Assembly (NCBI GenBank): GCA_050084985.1
Contig: JBITNC010000001.1
Coordinates: 70,866,001-70,930,000 of the forward strand
Direction: 5' to 3'
Origin: Nageia nagi
Lineage: Eukaryota; Plantae; Pinophyta
DNA: 64,000 nt
The translations under genes were made by a program, and so were the position numbers. Below, piece by piece: positions 1-12,728 of the stretch; the stretch's first letter is position 1; every line of letters begins with the position of its first letter. The notes under the pieces were generated by a model that worked only from the letters and a program-made list of their open reading frames with translations, made no database searches and had not been told where the DNA came from.

Positions 1-169
1 ATAGAACCCTATTTTTGTTATTGCATTGTTGCTATATTTGATTATGTTATTTCCTATTATTATGTATGTTTATTTAAGTTAAAAGGATTGGTTATTAAAT
101 AATTAAATGTTTATTTGTATTTAGTTCATTTAGACCAAAATCCTAGTTATACTAAAACACATATTGACA
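1..169 (+). repeat. 3' end of 5' LTR of element A
   Basis: Aligns with 8280-8447 and ~14420-14566; followed by the same leader (tttctttctcttaattaggg.tagaat) as 14592-14618. Confidence 0.8.
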
Positions 170-1899
170 CCCACCCATTTATAGCATTTCTTTCTCTTAA
201 TTAGGGTTAGAATAAAATTTCTTTCAAACCTACATTAAAATTCTATCATAATGTCAAACCTATTAAAGGTTTTATTCATACATTATATTCCGAAGGTATT
301 TTATGTTACTAGTAATGAAAATGCAAATATTTCTTATGCACCTACTAATCCTTTAGCTAAAAAAGCCTCTACACAAAGTAATATTGATAAACAAAAGTTT
401 CTCAAAGACACAATGAAATAATCCATAAAAGCAAATAATTTATAAATTTATAGGGTCAGATAACCAAAAATGGTAGTGAAATTCCTTCATATAAAAAGAG
501 TTTTGTAGAAAGATCTAATACTTCAACAAACATTGTAAATCAAATGGTTCATTCTAATAATGATGGATTTCAAACCCCACCAAATTAGTACATTCCTCTT
601 ATCACAACCAAAGAGGAGAAATGATGATGAGATTTTAAAAAAAGTCATGATGTATAACAAAAATAAATACAAATTCATCAAACTTCTTAGTGAACTACTA
701 GTTGAAGAGAAATCTTATGTAGTCAATGTAATTAAAGATGAACAAGTAATGAAATAACAAAGATTATGGCATTCTAATAGACATAAGGAATGTATATCTC
801 CTGATGATATGAATCCTACACCAAGCAATGTAAATATGGTATTCCTCACAAATAGGTCAACAATTATAAAAAATTTCCATCTATTTTTTCTTCCTAATCC
901 CAACATGAATGCTCACATCTATGGTAACGCTAATCCTAGCATAGATGCTGAGCCTCAGATAGAAGTAGTGGTATAAATTCCTCTAATAATCCTTGAGATA
1001 GATAAAGAAATAAGTATTCAATAAGGGAATATCAATATGATTCACAATACTAGCTAGAACATCATCCAACCTACCATACTACATGAGTTGCTTCACAAGG
1101 AAGCTCAGATTAACAATATAATTATAGTCAACAACACTAAAGATGCATTTATATAGGTTTAATAGGTTGAAGAATTCAAAAAACATATAGATAGATTAGT
1201 TGAATATGAGTGTGATCTATAGGACCCTACAAAATATAAAGAGATTAACAAAATCCTTGAATAAGTTGATATGCCATACTTAGATTGGTTAGAGGAAGAT
1301 AACATAATAAAGTATAGATTTTTCCATTTAGTAGATGAATGTGAAATAGAAAACATGAGTATACCATAAAAAGTATCATATTATAAAGTATTGATTCAAA
1401 AAGTTCAAGATGATTACAAAAATAAAACAAGATTTTTTCAACCTAAGAATAGGCAACCAACTCGATGTCCTATCATAGTATAAGAAGAATTATGGTATCA
1501 AGAGGAAGATATTGATAGATTGCTTGATCAAGCTATGCAAACCATTCTTGGATGGAATTAAGAAGAAACTGATATTAAATATATGAAATTACTAAAATGT
1601 AATAGAGAATACATGTTATTATTTCCTCACACCAACAAATAATGGTTAGTTCTAACAACTTTGCATAATATCATATGTGATAGAAATGATAAAAGTGGAG
1701 CTTTCAAATTTCTCAAGTATAGATAGAAATCACTAACATTTGAATAAGGGTAAAATTCAAAACAACAACTAGAGATTGTTTGAGAGAATATTTAGGCAAT
1801 TGTACCAAACTTAGAAACAACATTGCATGTGGTAAATATTGGAGACATACAAAATGTTAACACTTTGCATAAAATAATCTTAAAAATAGAAAAACAACA

Positions 1900-3000
1900 A
1901 GATTTGAAATCTTTGAGAAATGAAGACAACAATCCCTTATGCATGAGAATCAGATCAACTATGTTATATACTAGCAAAGATTTGAGATCTATAAAGTTCT
2001 ATGGTACTACTGATTCATGCTTTCATTTATATATCTTTTCTAATGAAGTATCACTAATCACAATGGATGATGACTTGCATGCAAAATTATTTCCCATGTA
2101 TTTACTAAGAAATGCTAAGGAATGATTTAGCAAGTTAACACATGTTAGTATTGAAAACTTTGAATAACTAAAGATTGTATTTTGTGGTCACTATCAGATT
2201 CAAATTACAAAAAAGATAACATTCAATTATTTAATGAAGATAAGGTACAGAGAAGGAAAGTCCATAGAATTATTCATTAGATATTAGACTAAAATGGAAA
2301 ATCAGGTAATGAGGATGATAACATGAAAATCATAGCATTCATTGAAGTTCTTCAATAAAAGTACAAGGTAGAATATTTTAATTACTGCAAGTTACATTTA
2401 CCTACATTTCTTCAAGCTCTAGTATAAAAATAAATGTTTCACATTAGATATGGACATTCAACTCCATAATAAAAATAGAAAAGAGATAAGTCACCATCAA
2501 AACCTCAACATCAGTATAAAAAGGAACAACCAAAAAATGTACTAATAGTTGCAAAAGTGGAAATAATACCATAACAAACAATAGCAAGGAATGAAATTAA
2601 GAAAGTTGATAAATATGAGAAATCAATTTATACTAAATATCAAAAAATTTCTAGGTTGAAATTCACACCTATATATGAAGATATTGATGAAGCTACAAAA
2701 GCATTAGTCAAGCTAAAATTTCTAATCTCATAACTTAAATCTCATGATCAACCATAATTTACAATTGGTGTTTCAAGTGAGTGTAAGTTAGATTAGTTTT
2801 GTGAATATCATCAATATTGAGATCATGAGACAAAATATTATATACCATTACTGAATAAGATCCAGGATTTGATTAATCAAATAAAGGTATCTTTTCCATA
2901 ACCATAAGATAAAAAATTAGATGATAAGCCAAAATAATTATGAGGAACTCAACATGAGCAAAATAGGAATATTGGAATCTTTAATAATCCATTCCTTAAC
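1900..3000 (+). pseudogene. Ogre/Tat gag remnant
   Basis: KFYGTTD...DDLHAKLFPMYL...AKE*FSKL (Retrotrans_gag-like) and FCEYHQY*DHET...KIQDLI (C-x2-H-x4-H Ogre/Tat knuckle) near 2800-2880. Confidence 0.75.
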
Positions 3001-3295
3001 TTTATCAAAGCCAAATCATAGAATATAAGAATCAAATTTGGTGGTAATGTTACCCTGACATGATAAAAAGGTACAAAGTTTCACTCTTATTCATGTTCAT
3101 GTTCATGTCATTTATATGTTTTCTTACATATAGAGTAGTATAAGAGTTTTTATTTTATTTTTTTGGTAAAAACTCCTTTAGAACCTAACAAAATAATTCA
3201 TATGGTGGATTATTTTTTTGATAAATATATGTGAGATATATTTATCAAAAAATGATGAGATATTATCTTTTTCAATAATCCACCAACCTAACAAA

Positions 3296-5880
3296 CTAGT
3301 TCCATATACTCACACCACTTGTAGTACCATGGTGACTTCTAATGCTCTTAGTGATCTTGGATCTAGATGTCATCCTACTCAAACTAGGCCTCTTTATCCT
3401 AGTTTTCTCCTCCAATTCCATAAGTTGATTTTGTAAATAAGCCTTTTTAGTTGTGAGGTCTTCTATTTTATTATTGTGCTCTAATACATGCTTCATCATA
3501 CCTAGAAAATTTTGATCATTTTAAGCCTCATTTATCTTTCATAGTATCTCTACAACTTATTCCAATGCTCCCAATCTCACCTTCATTATGTATAGCTCAT
3601 TGTTCTTTCTTGTCATATCATCTTTTAAGTTTGCCAATTCATCCTTTATGGCCATTCTTGCAGCCTTATTGGAGTCCAACTCTAGTTTTATTTGATATAT
3701 AAAAATAAAATAATAAATGCATGTTAGTTATTTGTTATGTATTGTAAGGACTAACTTGCAAGTACAAGATTAAAATACTTACTAAATTCATACTCAAGTT
3801 ATTTTTGAGTCTCATAATGGTAATACCATTAGGAACTTCACCCATCCACCTTGCTCCTCATGTTGAGGCATATCCTTTTCCATGTGCACATACCACTCCA
3901 ACTCTCCTTCTTCCTCCTCTTCCTCATCCTCTTCTACTTTAGTTTCTCATTCTATAGCCTCTACTAGCACCTCCAACCTATATATCCTCAAGTGGTCAGG
4001 TCTTACTCGAACCCACCATAATAGATACTCCTAATTAAATTGAGGCCCATCAAGTGCCTCAACTCCCTCATCATTTGTCATCATTTGTATCACTTCTTGA
4101 ATCATGGGACTGAGGAGGCTCCCAATTTTGTTTCCACTTGGGAGGGATCTCATACAAGTTAGGGTCATGTGTCTTATACCTGCCCATCCTCACCATAAAT
4201 TTTCATTCAAGATGAATGACTTGGCTCTTTCCAAATTACCTTCAAATCCTTTTTGGATTGTAGGGTTTCATGAATTACTTTCTTATTTGTAAATAATAAA
4301 GTCCTCTTCTAACCCAATTCACCTCTTAGCTCATTTGGCTAGTGCAACAAAGTGGCATAGGGTCTATAAATAACATCTCCTACAAACCAAAATTTTGCAT
4401 TAGATTCTAGTTTAACCAAGTAACTAAAAATTAACTAAACTTTTTGAAAAACCACTCACCATCCCCAAGCCTATCTATCACCTTTCAATAGACTTCCACA
4501 CTCTTATGGATCCATATCATCATGATCATTCTAGCCCATGAGTACCATGTGGGATTCTCAATCGATGTACTAGTAACTAGAAGTTCCCTTGATAGAAATA
4601 TATGCTCGTATTTCCAACATTGCAATACAAATGAATATGCAATCCTCTTACTATTATTTTGTACCATGATAAAATTGTGTAAGTCATGATACATTTGAGA
4701 AATGATGTAGGAAGCCCACACATACCTCACACCCTATGTCATATGGTAGACTATGTACACCAATCAAAGAGGGAATCCCTGATGATTTTTATCAGGATAT
4801 ATAATACTGTCAATACATATGACCATGATTAACTACACTTTCTTGAACCTAATCACTTTACCTTTGAAAAAATAATGAAGGTATGCACCCTTCTTGCTTT
4901 CATGATACTCCTCTAATCCTACCAACCACTTAGTTGAACCCTTGCATTGTGCATTAGTAATCTCTCCTCTAAGAATATGGGACATCTATTTATAGGCACC
5001 CATAAGATCCTATGAATGTCCTCAAGGATAATAGCAACCTCTTTGTTAGGAAAATGAAAGGTATTGGTCTTTCTAGATCACCTATCCATAAGAGATATGA
5101 GTAATTACTTATCCACATGCACATAGGGGCCAAGAAACAAGTAACCCATGCCAACATATTTAAGCATACATAGCTCCTCATCTATTAGTTTCTCATGCCA
5201 AATCATACACCATTTCCAACTCTTAGACATTGACTTTGGATCCATGAGAAAATGACAATACTACCACAAAAATGAAAAATTATGTGTTGGTATATTTTAA
5301 CATTCATATAAATTATGTAAGAAAATTTCAATTTTTCTAAACATACATATAACATCATAACAACATGGAAAATCCTTCCTACACCTAGTAATCTATTTGT
5401 TAAGCTAGCACCAATGCTCACATCAACATCTACACTAGGCTTCCCTTGGATAATATTTTTTGAAATTTGGGGGAAAATTACATTTACCTCCACCATGACC
5501 TATAAACATAACCTAACACATAAATTTCACCCCTAAAATTAAAATTATGGAAGCTTTATCTCATTAATCCTCACCCTTGGATATCCTACTTTGCAAAAAT
5601 TCAATCATAAATTCAAAATAAAGGTTTTAAGCACTTACCACATATGTGGAAACATGGTTTTGGTGGAGTAAATAGGCTTGGTGGTTCTCTTGATCCATAA
5701 TCCACATCCTACACAAGCAATTATGTTAGCATTTTGCAAACCTAGTTTACAATTAAATCAAAACATTGATAAATGCATTGAAACACTTGCTTGGTCATAC
5801 AAATCCTATTGAAACATGCCAATCCACCCACTATGAACACAATAGCTTCCCTAGACCAAAGGTAAAGCCTTGAGTAGTGC
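3296..5880 (-). pseudogene. Spliced Plant Mobile Domain (PMD, aminotransferase-like) gene with acidic and coiled-coil C-terminus
   Basis: Minus translation VDK*LLISLMDR*SRKTNTFHFPNKEVAIILEDIHRILWVPI (~5115-4990) and YVWASYIISQMYHDL...VLQCWKYEHI (ORF 4485-4730) match PMD motifs; introns at 5709-5790, 5500-5638, 5261-5346, 4380-4459, ~3695-3782; 5' end approximate. Confidence 0.8.
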
Positions 5881-6498
5881 AAATGAATATAAAATTATAA
5901 TTGGGCCTATTTAAATCAAAAGTTAAGATACATTTTATGATATAGCCAATAAATTCCATCACCTTTTGCTATCGTAACTCTTAAATCATAATCCTTATCA
6001 ATATTTTGGAAACCTAAGTATGTAAAAACAAATTGGACATCCTTTCTCCTTGGAACACCAATGTTTTGTACTCATGTTGAACATTTGTGCCCACACTCCC
6101 TTCCTTCATATTTATCACCTCACCTTGGAAACCATGACACCTTTAGCTAGATGTGACCTAAAAACTAATATAGTACTAACAAATATTTGAGAATGAGGTT
6201 CTTTGCATGAACCAATGAACATTCAATTCATAAAATAAAACATTCCTTACATTTTCATGATAGGGTCAAACCCATTTGTAAAATAGATTAAGAAGACTAC
6301 ACATTATAAGTTCAAAATCATCATCATGAAGTATTGAAATGCTAATGTTAGCATTGATGTTGGCACAAATGCTAGGATCCAAAGGTATAAATTAGGCAAA
6401 TCCAACAAACATTAGGAAAAAGGGTAAGATACAAGAATTATTTCTATATTTATCTATAATTTACATTATGAAAACCTATGAGTATTATTAAATATCTC

Positions 6499-7150
6499 AT
6501 GTCCTTATTGGGTGGATGTTAAATAATTATCACTATTTTATGATCACTTGGTTGGGACTAAAACTACCATTTTCTTAGGTTATTTTTCTCATTGGGACTA
6601 AATCAATCATCAATATAATGGCCACATTATCACTATTACTATAATCACATACATGGTTTGGACTAAACCAACCATATCTTTGAGTCACCTTTGTTGGTTG
6701 GGTCTTAAATAATCTCCATTATTGCTTTGATTCACCTTTGTTGGTCAGGTCTTAAATAACCTCCATTATTGCTTTGAGTCGCCTTTGTTGGTTAGGTCTT
6801 AAATAACCTCCATTATTGCTTTGATTCAACTTCATTGGTTAGGCCTAAACTAACCATTACCTTTACATCTCTTTATGATATCATGTCACATCTAATAATG
6901 AGGCTTATACCTCATGATAATGGTGGCACATCTTGTATAAATATAAAAATGGGACATGTATCTCATGATGATGTATGGCATCTCTCTTTAAGTCACCTTT
7001 ATTAGTTGGGACTAAACTAACCATGATCATGCCATTTCTTTCTAATTCATATGTTTCATCTAGGAATGGGGCATGTACCTCATGAAGATATTGACATATA
7101 TGATTTTGATTTCATATGTTTCATCCAAGAATGGGCATGTACCACATGAT
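6499..7150 (+). repeat. 3'-region stem-loop repeat array of element A, including a 47-bp tandem repeat (6678-6856, ~3.7 copies)
   Basis: Recurrent TGGTTGG-loop-YYAACCA units; 47-mers start at 6678, 6725, 6772, 6819; second unit CATC..GAATGGGGCATGTACCTCATGA.GAT. Confidence 0.85.
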
Positions 7151-7643
7151 GATGTTTACATACCTTTATTATGCTCGTGTATGTATGCATCTAATAATGA
7201 AATGTTGAGTATTTATGTGATGATATATATCTATGAATAGGATATTTGGTGTTATCAAGATAATGTATGCATATCATATTTATTTCATCCTTTATCTTAC
7301 ATTTTATATCATTTCTAATGAAATGTTATGATGATTTGATCTTACTATCACTGTTGTATCTTTTATAAGATAACCATCACATATATTCTTGGATTTTGAT
7401 GTTGTTGTATCTCATTTTTAGGATATTCTTTACTCTTGGTTGATTCTACTGCATGCAATTCATTCTATCTTACAACCAATGTAAAGAGGGGGCAATATAC
7501 ATCATCATTCCTTGATGATTTGGAAAGTCCTCTAGCAAAACCAAGGAAGTATCAATTTTTTGTTCTCTTTACCTTTTACTTCATTTGCAATCATAATTTC
7601 ATTTGAAAGTTCTTATTTCATTACACTTGAAAAGGGGGGCATC

Positions 7644-8447
7644 TATTGACACCTAATTTTTCTCCCCTTAAGATGGCCCCACTTAGGTGTAACATTACAT
7701 GCATCTTTAATAACACTTTATCACATTTTATCATATTTTACCTTATTATCACATATTTCTCAGGTTGTATTCTTACTTTTATGTTAGATACACCAAGATG
7801 AATTAAAACTTATTACAAAAGATCAATTGGTGGATATCATGCCTAGATATATAATATAAGTATCTCTAACCTAGGGAAATCATGTCAAGATTACATCTTA
7901 ATTGTCAGCATCCTACTCTTGGGTATTTATAAATGTTTCTTATTGATATTGGAATCTAGTTACCACTCAAGAAAATACTATCATCTATTTTCATGATCAT
8001 ATGCTTGAATTGACTTATGAAATCTATGTTGTTATTGATCCTTAAGGTATATCTTATTCTACTCAAATGCTAGCACCCATGTTGGAGAGTACACCCTTTT
8101 TGAGCTCTTGATACCTAGTGCCCACATTAAGCTTCTTATTGTTGTTGGTTATGGGGTTTGCACATCAAATTCACTTCTCTTAGACAAGCTCATTCTATAT
8201 ATAGTCCTCTTTGTCATAGATAAGGATACATTTATATTACACTTGATTTCAACTGTGTGCTTTCATTTTGCTATCTTAATAGAACCCTAGTTATGTTATT
8301 GCACCATTGATATACTTGGTTTTGTTATTTTCAATTATCATTTATGCTTATTTAAGTTAAAAGGCTTGGATATTACATACTTAAATATTTATTTGTAGTT
8401 AGTTTATTTAGGCCAAAACCCTGGGTGTACCAAAATACATATCCATA
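7644..8447 (+). repeat. 3' LTR of element A
   Basis: Follows PPT; starts tattgacacctaa (decayed TGTTGACAC); colinear with LTR 13762-14566. Confidence 0.85.
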
Positions 8448-9399
8448 TCTTATTTCAAAATATTTCTCAAGACATTGAAAATTAATTTATTGAGAATCCT
8501 AGTTTTCAAGAACTTTGGCTAATCTTTTTGAACAATTCACCCTTAAAAATTATCATAATCAAAGCATTCCCCAACCTTCACATCTCCAAAAATATGATTC
8601 ATCATTATGTTCCTTTGTATTTTGATCCCCAGCCTTCTTTTTTCAACACCTTACCAATTGTTGTAACAACTCAAATCACATATCAACCTTTCCAACAAAT
8701 GGTCTCATAAGGGTTCCTAACCATATCCTTGCTATTAAGTATTCCCCCCTTATATTAAGTGTACAAAATATTAACCTTAACCATGGATCAACATTTCATC
8801 ATAATAATCAACAAGATAGGTTTCCTAGTTGACCAAAACCTCATGTTGTGTAATCAAGTTCTTTGATCATGCCAAATCAACTTGCATCTCATTGTTTTGA
8901 GCCACATCATAATCTCCCTCCATTGAGAGTCCCACATGAAAATCAAAATCAATCAACTCAAGTTGCCAATATTGGTAAAATCAATACTTCCTATCAAGCA
9001 AACCAACATGATACCAATCTAAACCAAATCCAAGATAACTTACAACAAATGGGTTCTTAAGGTATCATGAATCAAGCCTATCAAAATATGAGTCAACCTT
9101 CCCCTTTCATCTTATGAATAAACCATCATATCAAATTCAAGGATATACCAATCAAGTGGCTCATCCTCAAAATCAATAATATATGCCTTAAAGTTAATTT
9201 TTTCCTAATCCAATATTTAACCAAACATTGGGATAAAGCATACAACAAGGCTATAAACCAACCTATCAAGTGCAAAGCATGGTAATTCAACACCCCCAAC
9301 AATGCATGATGATATCTTAATGGAATCAAGTATCAAAAATGAAGGAAAAAATAACTTTTCTTATCAATCAATTGTCAATGAACCTATCCACATATGGTT

Positions 9400-10230
9400 T
9401 CAATCAAATAATTTCCCTACAAGTTTGAGGTTACTCAAATAGCAAATGTTCAAGGGAAAGAAGATCCAAGAGTGCAATTGAGTCAATTCAAGTATTCTTG
9501 CTACCTTATAAGCAATTATGATGTCATCATACTTAGGACATTTCTAATAACATTATCAGGTCAAGATTTGGATTGATATAACAACTTACCCTAACATAAC
9601 ATATTTTCTTTTGAGCAAGAGTTGTAACAAGAAGAGCTTATCAAGATCTTTAGCAAGAGTTGTAACAAGAAAATATCTTCTATCTTGAAAATCCAACAAT
9701 ACAAATATTTTAAGGATGCCTTAGCCCAAATAAAGCTAATTGAGGAACTCAAGATATAATTAGGTGATATCAAATTATGAAAGAAGAATCAAAATCAAAA
9801 TTAAAAGCATAATTATAAATATCAAGCATATCAAAAGAAATCAACAAGTCAATCCTTGTACTATGTAAATCAAGCAACTTTGGATCTCCAACCAATCATG
9901 CATGAGAAAGAACAAGCCAACAATCCAAGGAAAAGAAGAAACTTCATCCCTTTTGGGGATGCATTATAAAATATCCTACCAAAGTTATTACAATCAAACC
10001 TTTTGACATTTCCCCTAATCAAGGAAAATTTAGGAGCATCAACAATACCTTGGTAAAAATAAAGTGAGTTTTGTGAGTTTCATAAGCAAAGTGGATATAC
10101 CACCCATGGGTGCATGTGATTGAAGCATGAAATCCAAGATCTTATTAATAATGGTAAAGTATCAATAGGAGTACCAATTGCATCACCTAATAACTATTTA
10201 GGGATTTTAAACAATCCTTTTCATATTAAC
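9400..10230 (+). pseudogene. Ogre/Tat gag remnant
   Basis: KFEVTQIANVQGKEDPRVQLSQF...LRTFLITLSGQDLD*YNNLP; FCEFHKQSGYTTHGCM*LKHEIQDLINNGKV. Confidence 0.8.
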
Positions 10231-11349
10231 AATCAAGGAGAATCATCAACATCATGTGAGTAGGATTACCATGAGGTTGGTACTCCATCCTTTTATAGTA
10301 CCTTTTTTGGTTGATCCATTGAGCATTAATGCTATCCTTGAATACTCATCATCATTTGTATTTAATTATATCATATATTATCTAAATACCATCCCTTGTG
10401 CATTTTAAATCAAGAATATCTCATAATCTTGACATCTTGGAAATTGATACTAGAGCCTACTCCTCATTTATGGTCATCCAATAGTGGAGAATTAGGGGTA
10501 GGAAAATAATCACTCATCTCCCACCACCATCATGTCTTATCTTTTTTATCACTTATTAATACCATTAGCATTATCTCCCTCTCTTGGCATGCATCTTTGT
10601 CACACTATCCTTATTCTCATCTATCATGTCATCATCATCATATCATCATTTTATTATCCCTTATCATATTATCATTTCCATCATGATCATCATTTTCCCC
10701 TCATAATTAACTTTGTATACTTTTCATCAAGTGTGCATTTCATATTATCACCTCAATTATGTCATCATAAGCACATATAATTGAGGTTCATTTGACTCAA
10801 CATCATTATCACTACCCATGAGCCTCATCTCTTGATGAGGATATAACCACTTGGGTCACAATCACATATCAGGTTACCTTAAATCACTCCTTTGGGAGTG
10901 ATCATAGATTGTTAATTATTATGGTTTCTAAGAGAAACATACTCTTATGGAGCAAGTGATAATCACTTTTATATGGATGAATCTCTTTGCTAACTCTATC
11001 ATCATTAGTAATAATTGAGCAAATATCTTTTCATCATGATAATATCTTTAAGTCAATTCATTTATCATTTTTTATATTCTTTTATCATATCCTTAATCAA
11101 GCCAATCATTTATCATACATCAATATTGTATCATATCATGGGTATTTGATCATATCATATCTATATCAATGATAAATGAGCACTCATAAATGAATTGATA
11201 ATGTTTAGTTGATGTCACCTTATTTTCCTTGCATAAGGATTGAGATATTAACTATCTTAATTCATAGCCAATATTGCATTGATGCTTTAGAATATCAAAA
11301 ACATATCATACATCATAATCTTAGCATTATAATTTGATTATTTCTATAT

Positions 11350-12425
11350 TTACTTTCCATTTAATTTAGGTCAAGGATATATTTTTTAGGATATATTATT
11401 TCCTTTCCATTCAACATGGGCCAAAGTTATCCTGCAACATTTGTTTTCCTTGCTTTCCATTGAGCATAGGGCAAGGTTATCATTTTGAGAATTTATCTTA
11501 TATTTTAGGTGTGTAGACTAGTTATGATATGATAATGTTATCACTATAGCTATATGCACCATTTACATGACTATTTTGCCATGATCATGTCCTTTATGTG
11601 GTACCAACTAGTTATGACATAACATTATTGGCACTTCAAGGTGTTATAGCCATAAGTACCCTCAATACAATTATGTCATTTGTATCATATTATCCTTTTG
11701 TAGTACTAATTGGTTATGACATGAAAGTGCTGGAACCATGAAATGTTATAACCATAGGCATACTCAATAGGATTATGTTAACTTGTTCATTCTATCTCCT
11801 TTTGTTATGGTACTAACTGGTTATGGTACAATAATGTTAGCACTGTGAGGTGTTATAGCCATAGGTATCCTCGACAAAACTATGTCAATTTTTTATTTTT
11901 AACTTTGATTTGTGGTATGGATTGGTTACAATATGATAATGTTGGCACCATAAGGTATTATAGTCATACATATCCTTGCTTTTTATCTTTCATATCCTTT
12001 TGCATGGTACAAACTAGTTACAATATGACAATGTCAACATCACGAGGTGTTATAGCCATATGTACCCTTAACATGATTATGTTAGATTTTGTATCATATA
12101 TTGCACACACCATCACTTTGATCACTTATTAGCATTTTTGCTTTCCATTTATCATGGTTCAAGAATATTATTTTGGGAAGATCTCATTTACTTTCCATTC
12201 TGCATGGGGAAAGGTTATCCTTGAGCCTAGTTTATCTTCTTTTCCATTCAACATGGGAAAGATTTATCATTGTTTACCTTTATTTCCATTTAGTATAGGG
12301 AAATAATTATCATTTATTTACCTTTATTTCCATTAAGCATGGGTAAGGCTTATCATTTATTGAGCATGGAGCAAGAATAGATATCTATTTTTTCTTTTAT
12401 TTCCATTTAGTATGGGGTAAAGTTT
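11350..12425 (+). repeat. Two interleaved stem-loop repeat arrays in the 3' region of element B
   Basis: About 10 copies of TTGCTTTCCAT-N5-ATGGGGCAA (11350-11480, 12138-12425) flank 6 copies of a ~90-110 bp unit (starts ~11510, 11598, 11699, 11807, 11911, 12003). Confidence 0.85.
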
Positions 12426-12728
12426 TCTTTGATCCTAACTCATATCAAGTCTCAATCACTTAGCATAGCAATTTGGTTAGTCACCTTTACATTAACCATA
12501 TCATTTGAGATCATCTAGCATTTCTCCTTTAGCATGTGGTAGGTTTGCATACCTCCACATCCCCTTGAGTATCAATACAATATCATTAATCATTGATAAT
12601 TAATAATAATTATAAATATCTTATTAATTGTTATCATTTCATCATTTATCATTTTCTCATCATCATTTTCCCTTCAACTTTTGAGTTAAGTTTTGCATCT
12701 CATGAAGCTCACCTCAAAAGGGGGCATT

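Larger units (their letters stand above)
1..8447 (+). mobile_element. Ogre/Tat-type Ty3/gypsy element A, non-autonomous (gag + antisense PMD gene, no pol); 5' LTR cut by window start
   Basis: 1-169 is homologous to the end of LTR 7644-8447; PPT aaaaggggggca at 7630-7641; gag motifs present; no RT/RH/IN motifs found between gag and 3' LTR. Confidence 0.8.

Noticed and set aside
6499-7150. CRISPR-like look of palindromic repeats with variable spacers (also 45440-46050)
   Set aside because: Eukaryotic retroelement 3' region, spacers are often duplicated, spacing is irregular, and there are no cas genes
10532-12132. His/Ile/Tyr-rich short ORFs in the ORF track
   Set aside because: Chance ORFs in low-complexity, (ATC)-rich retroelement 3' sequence with no recognisable motifs
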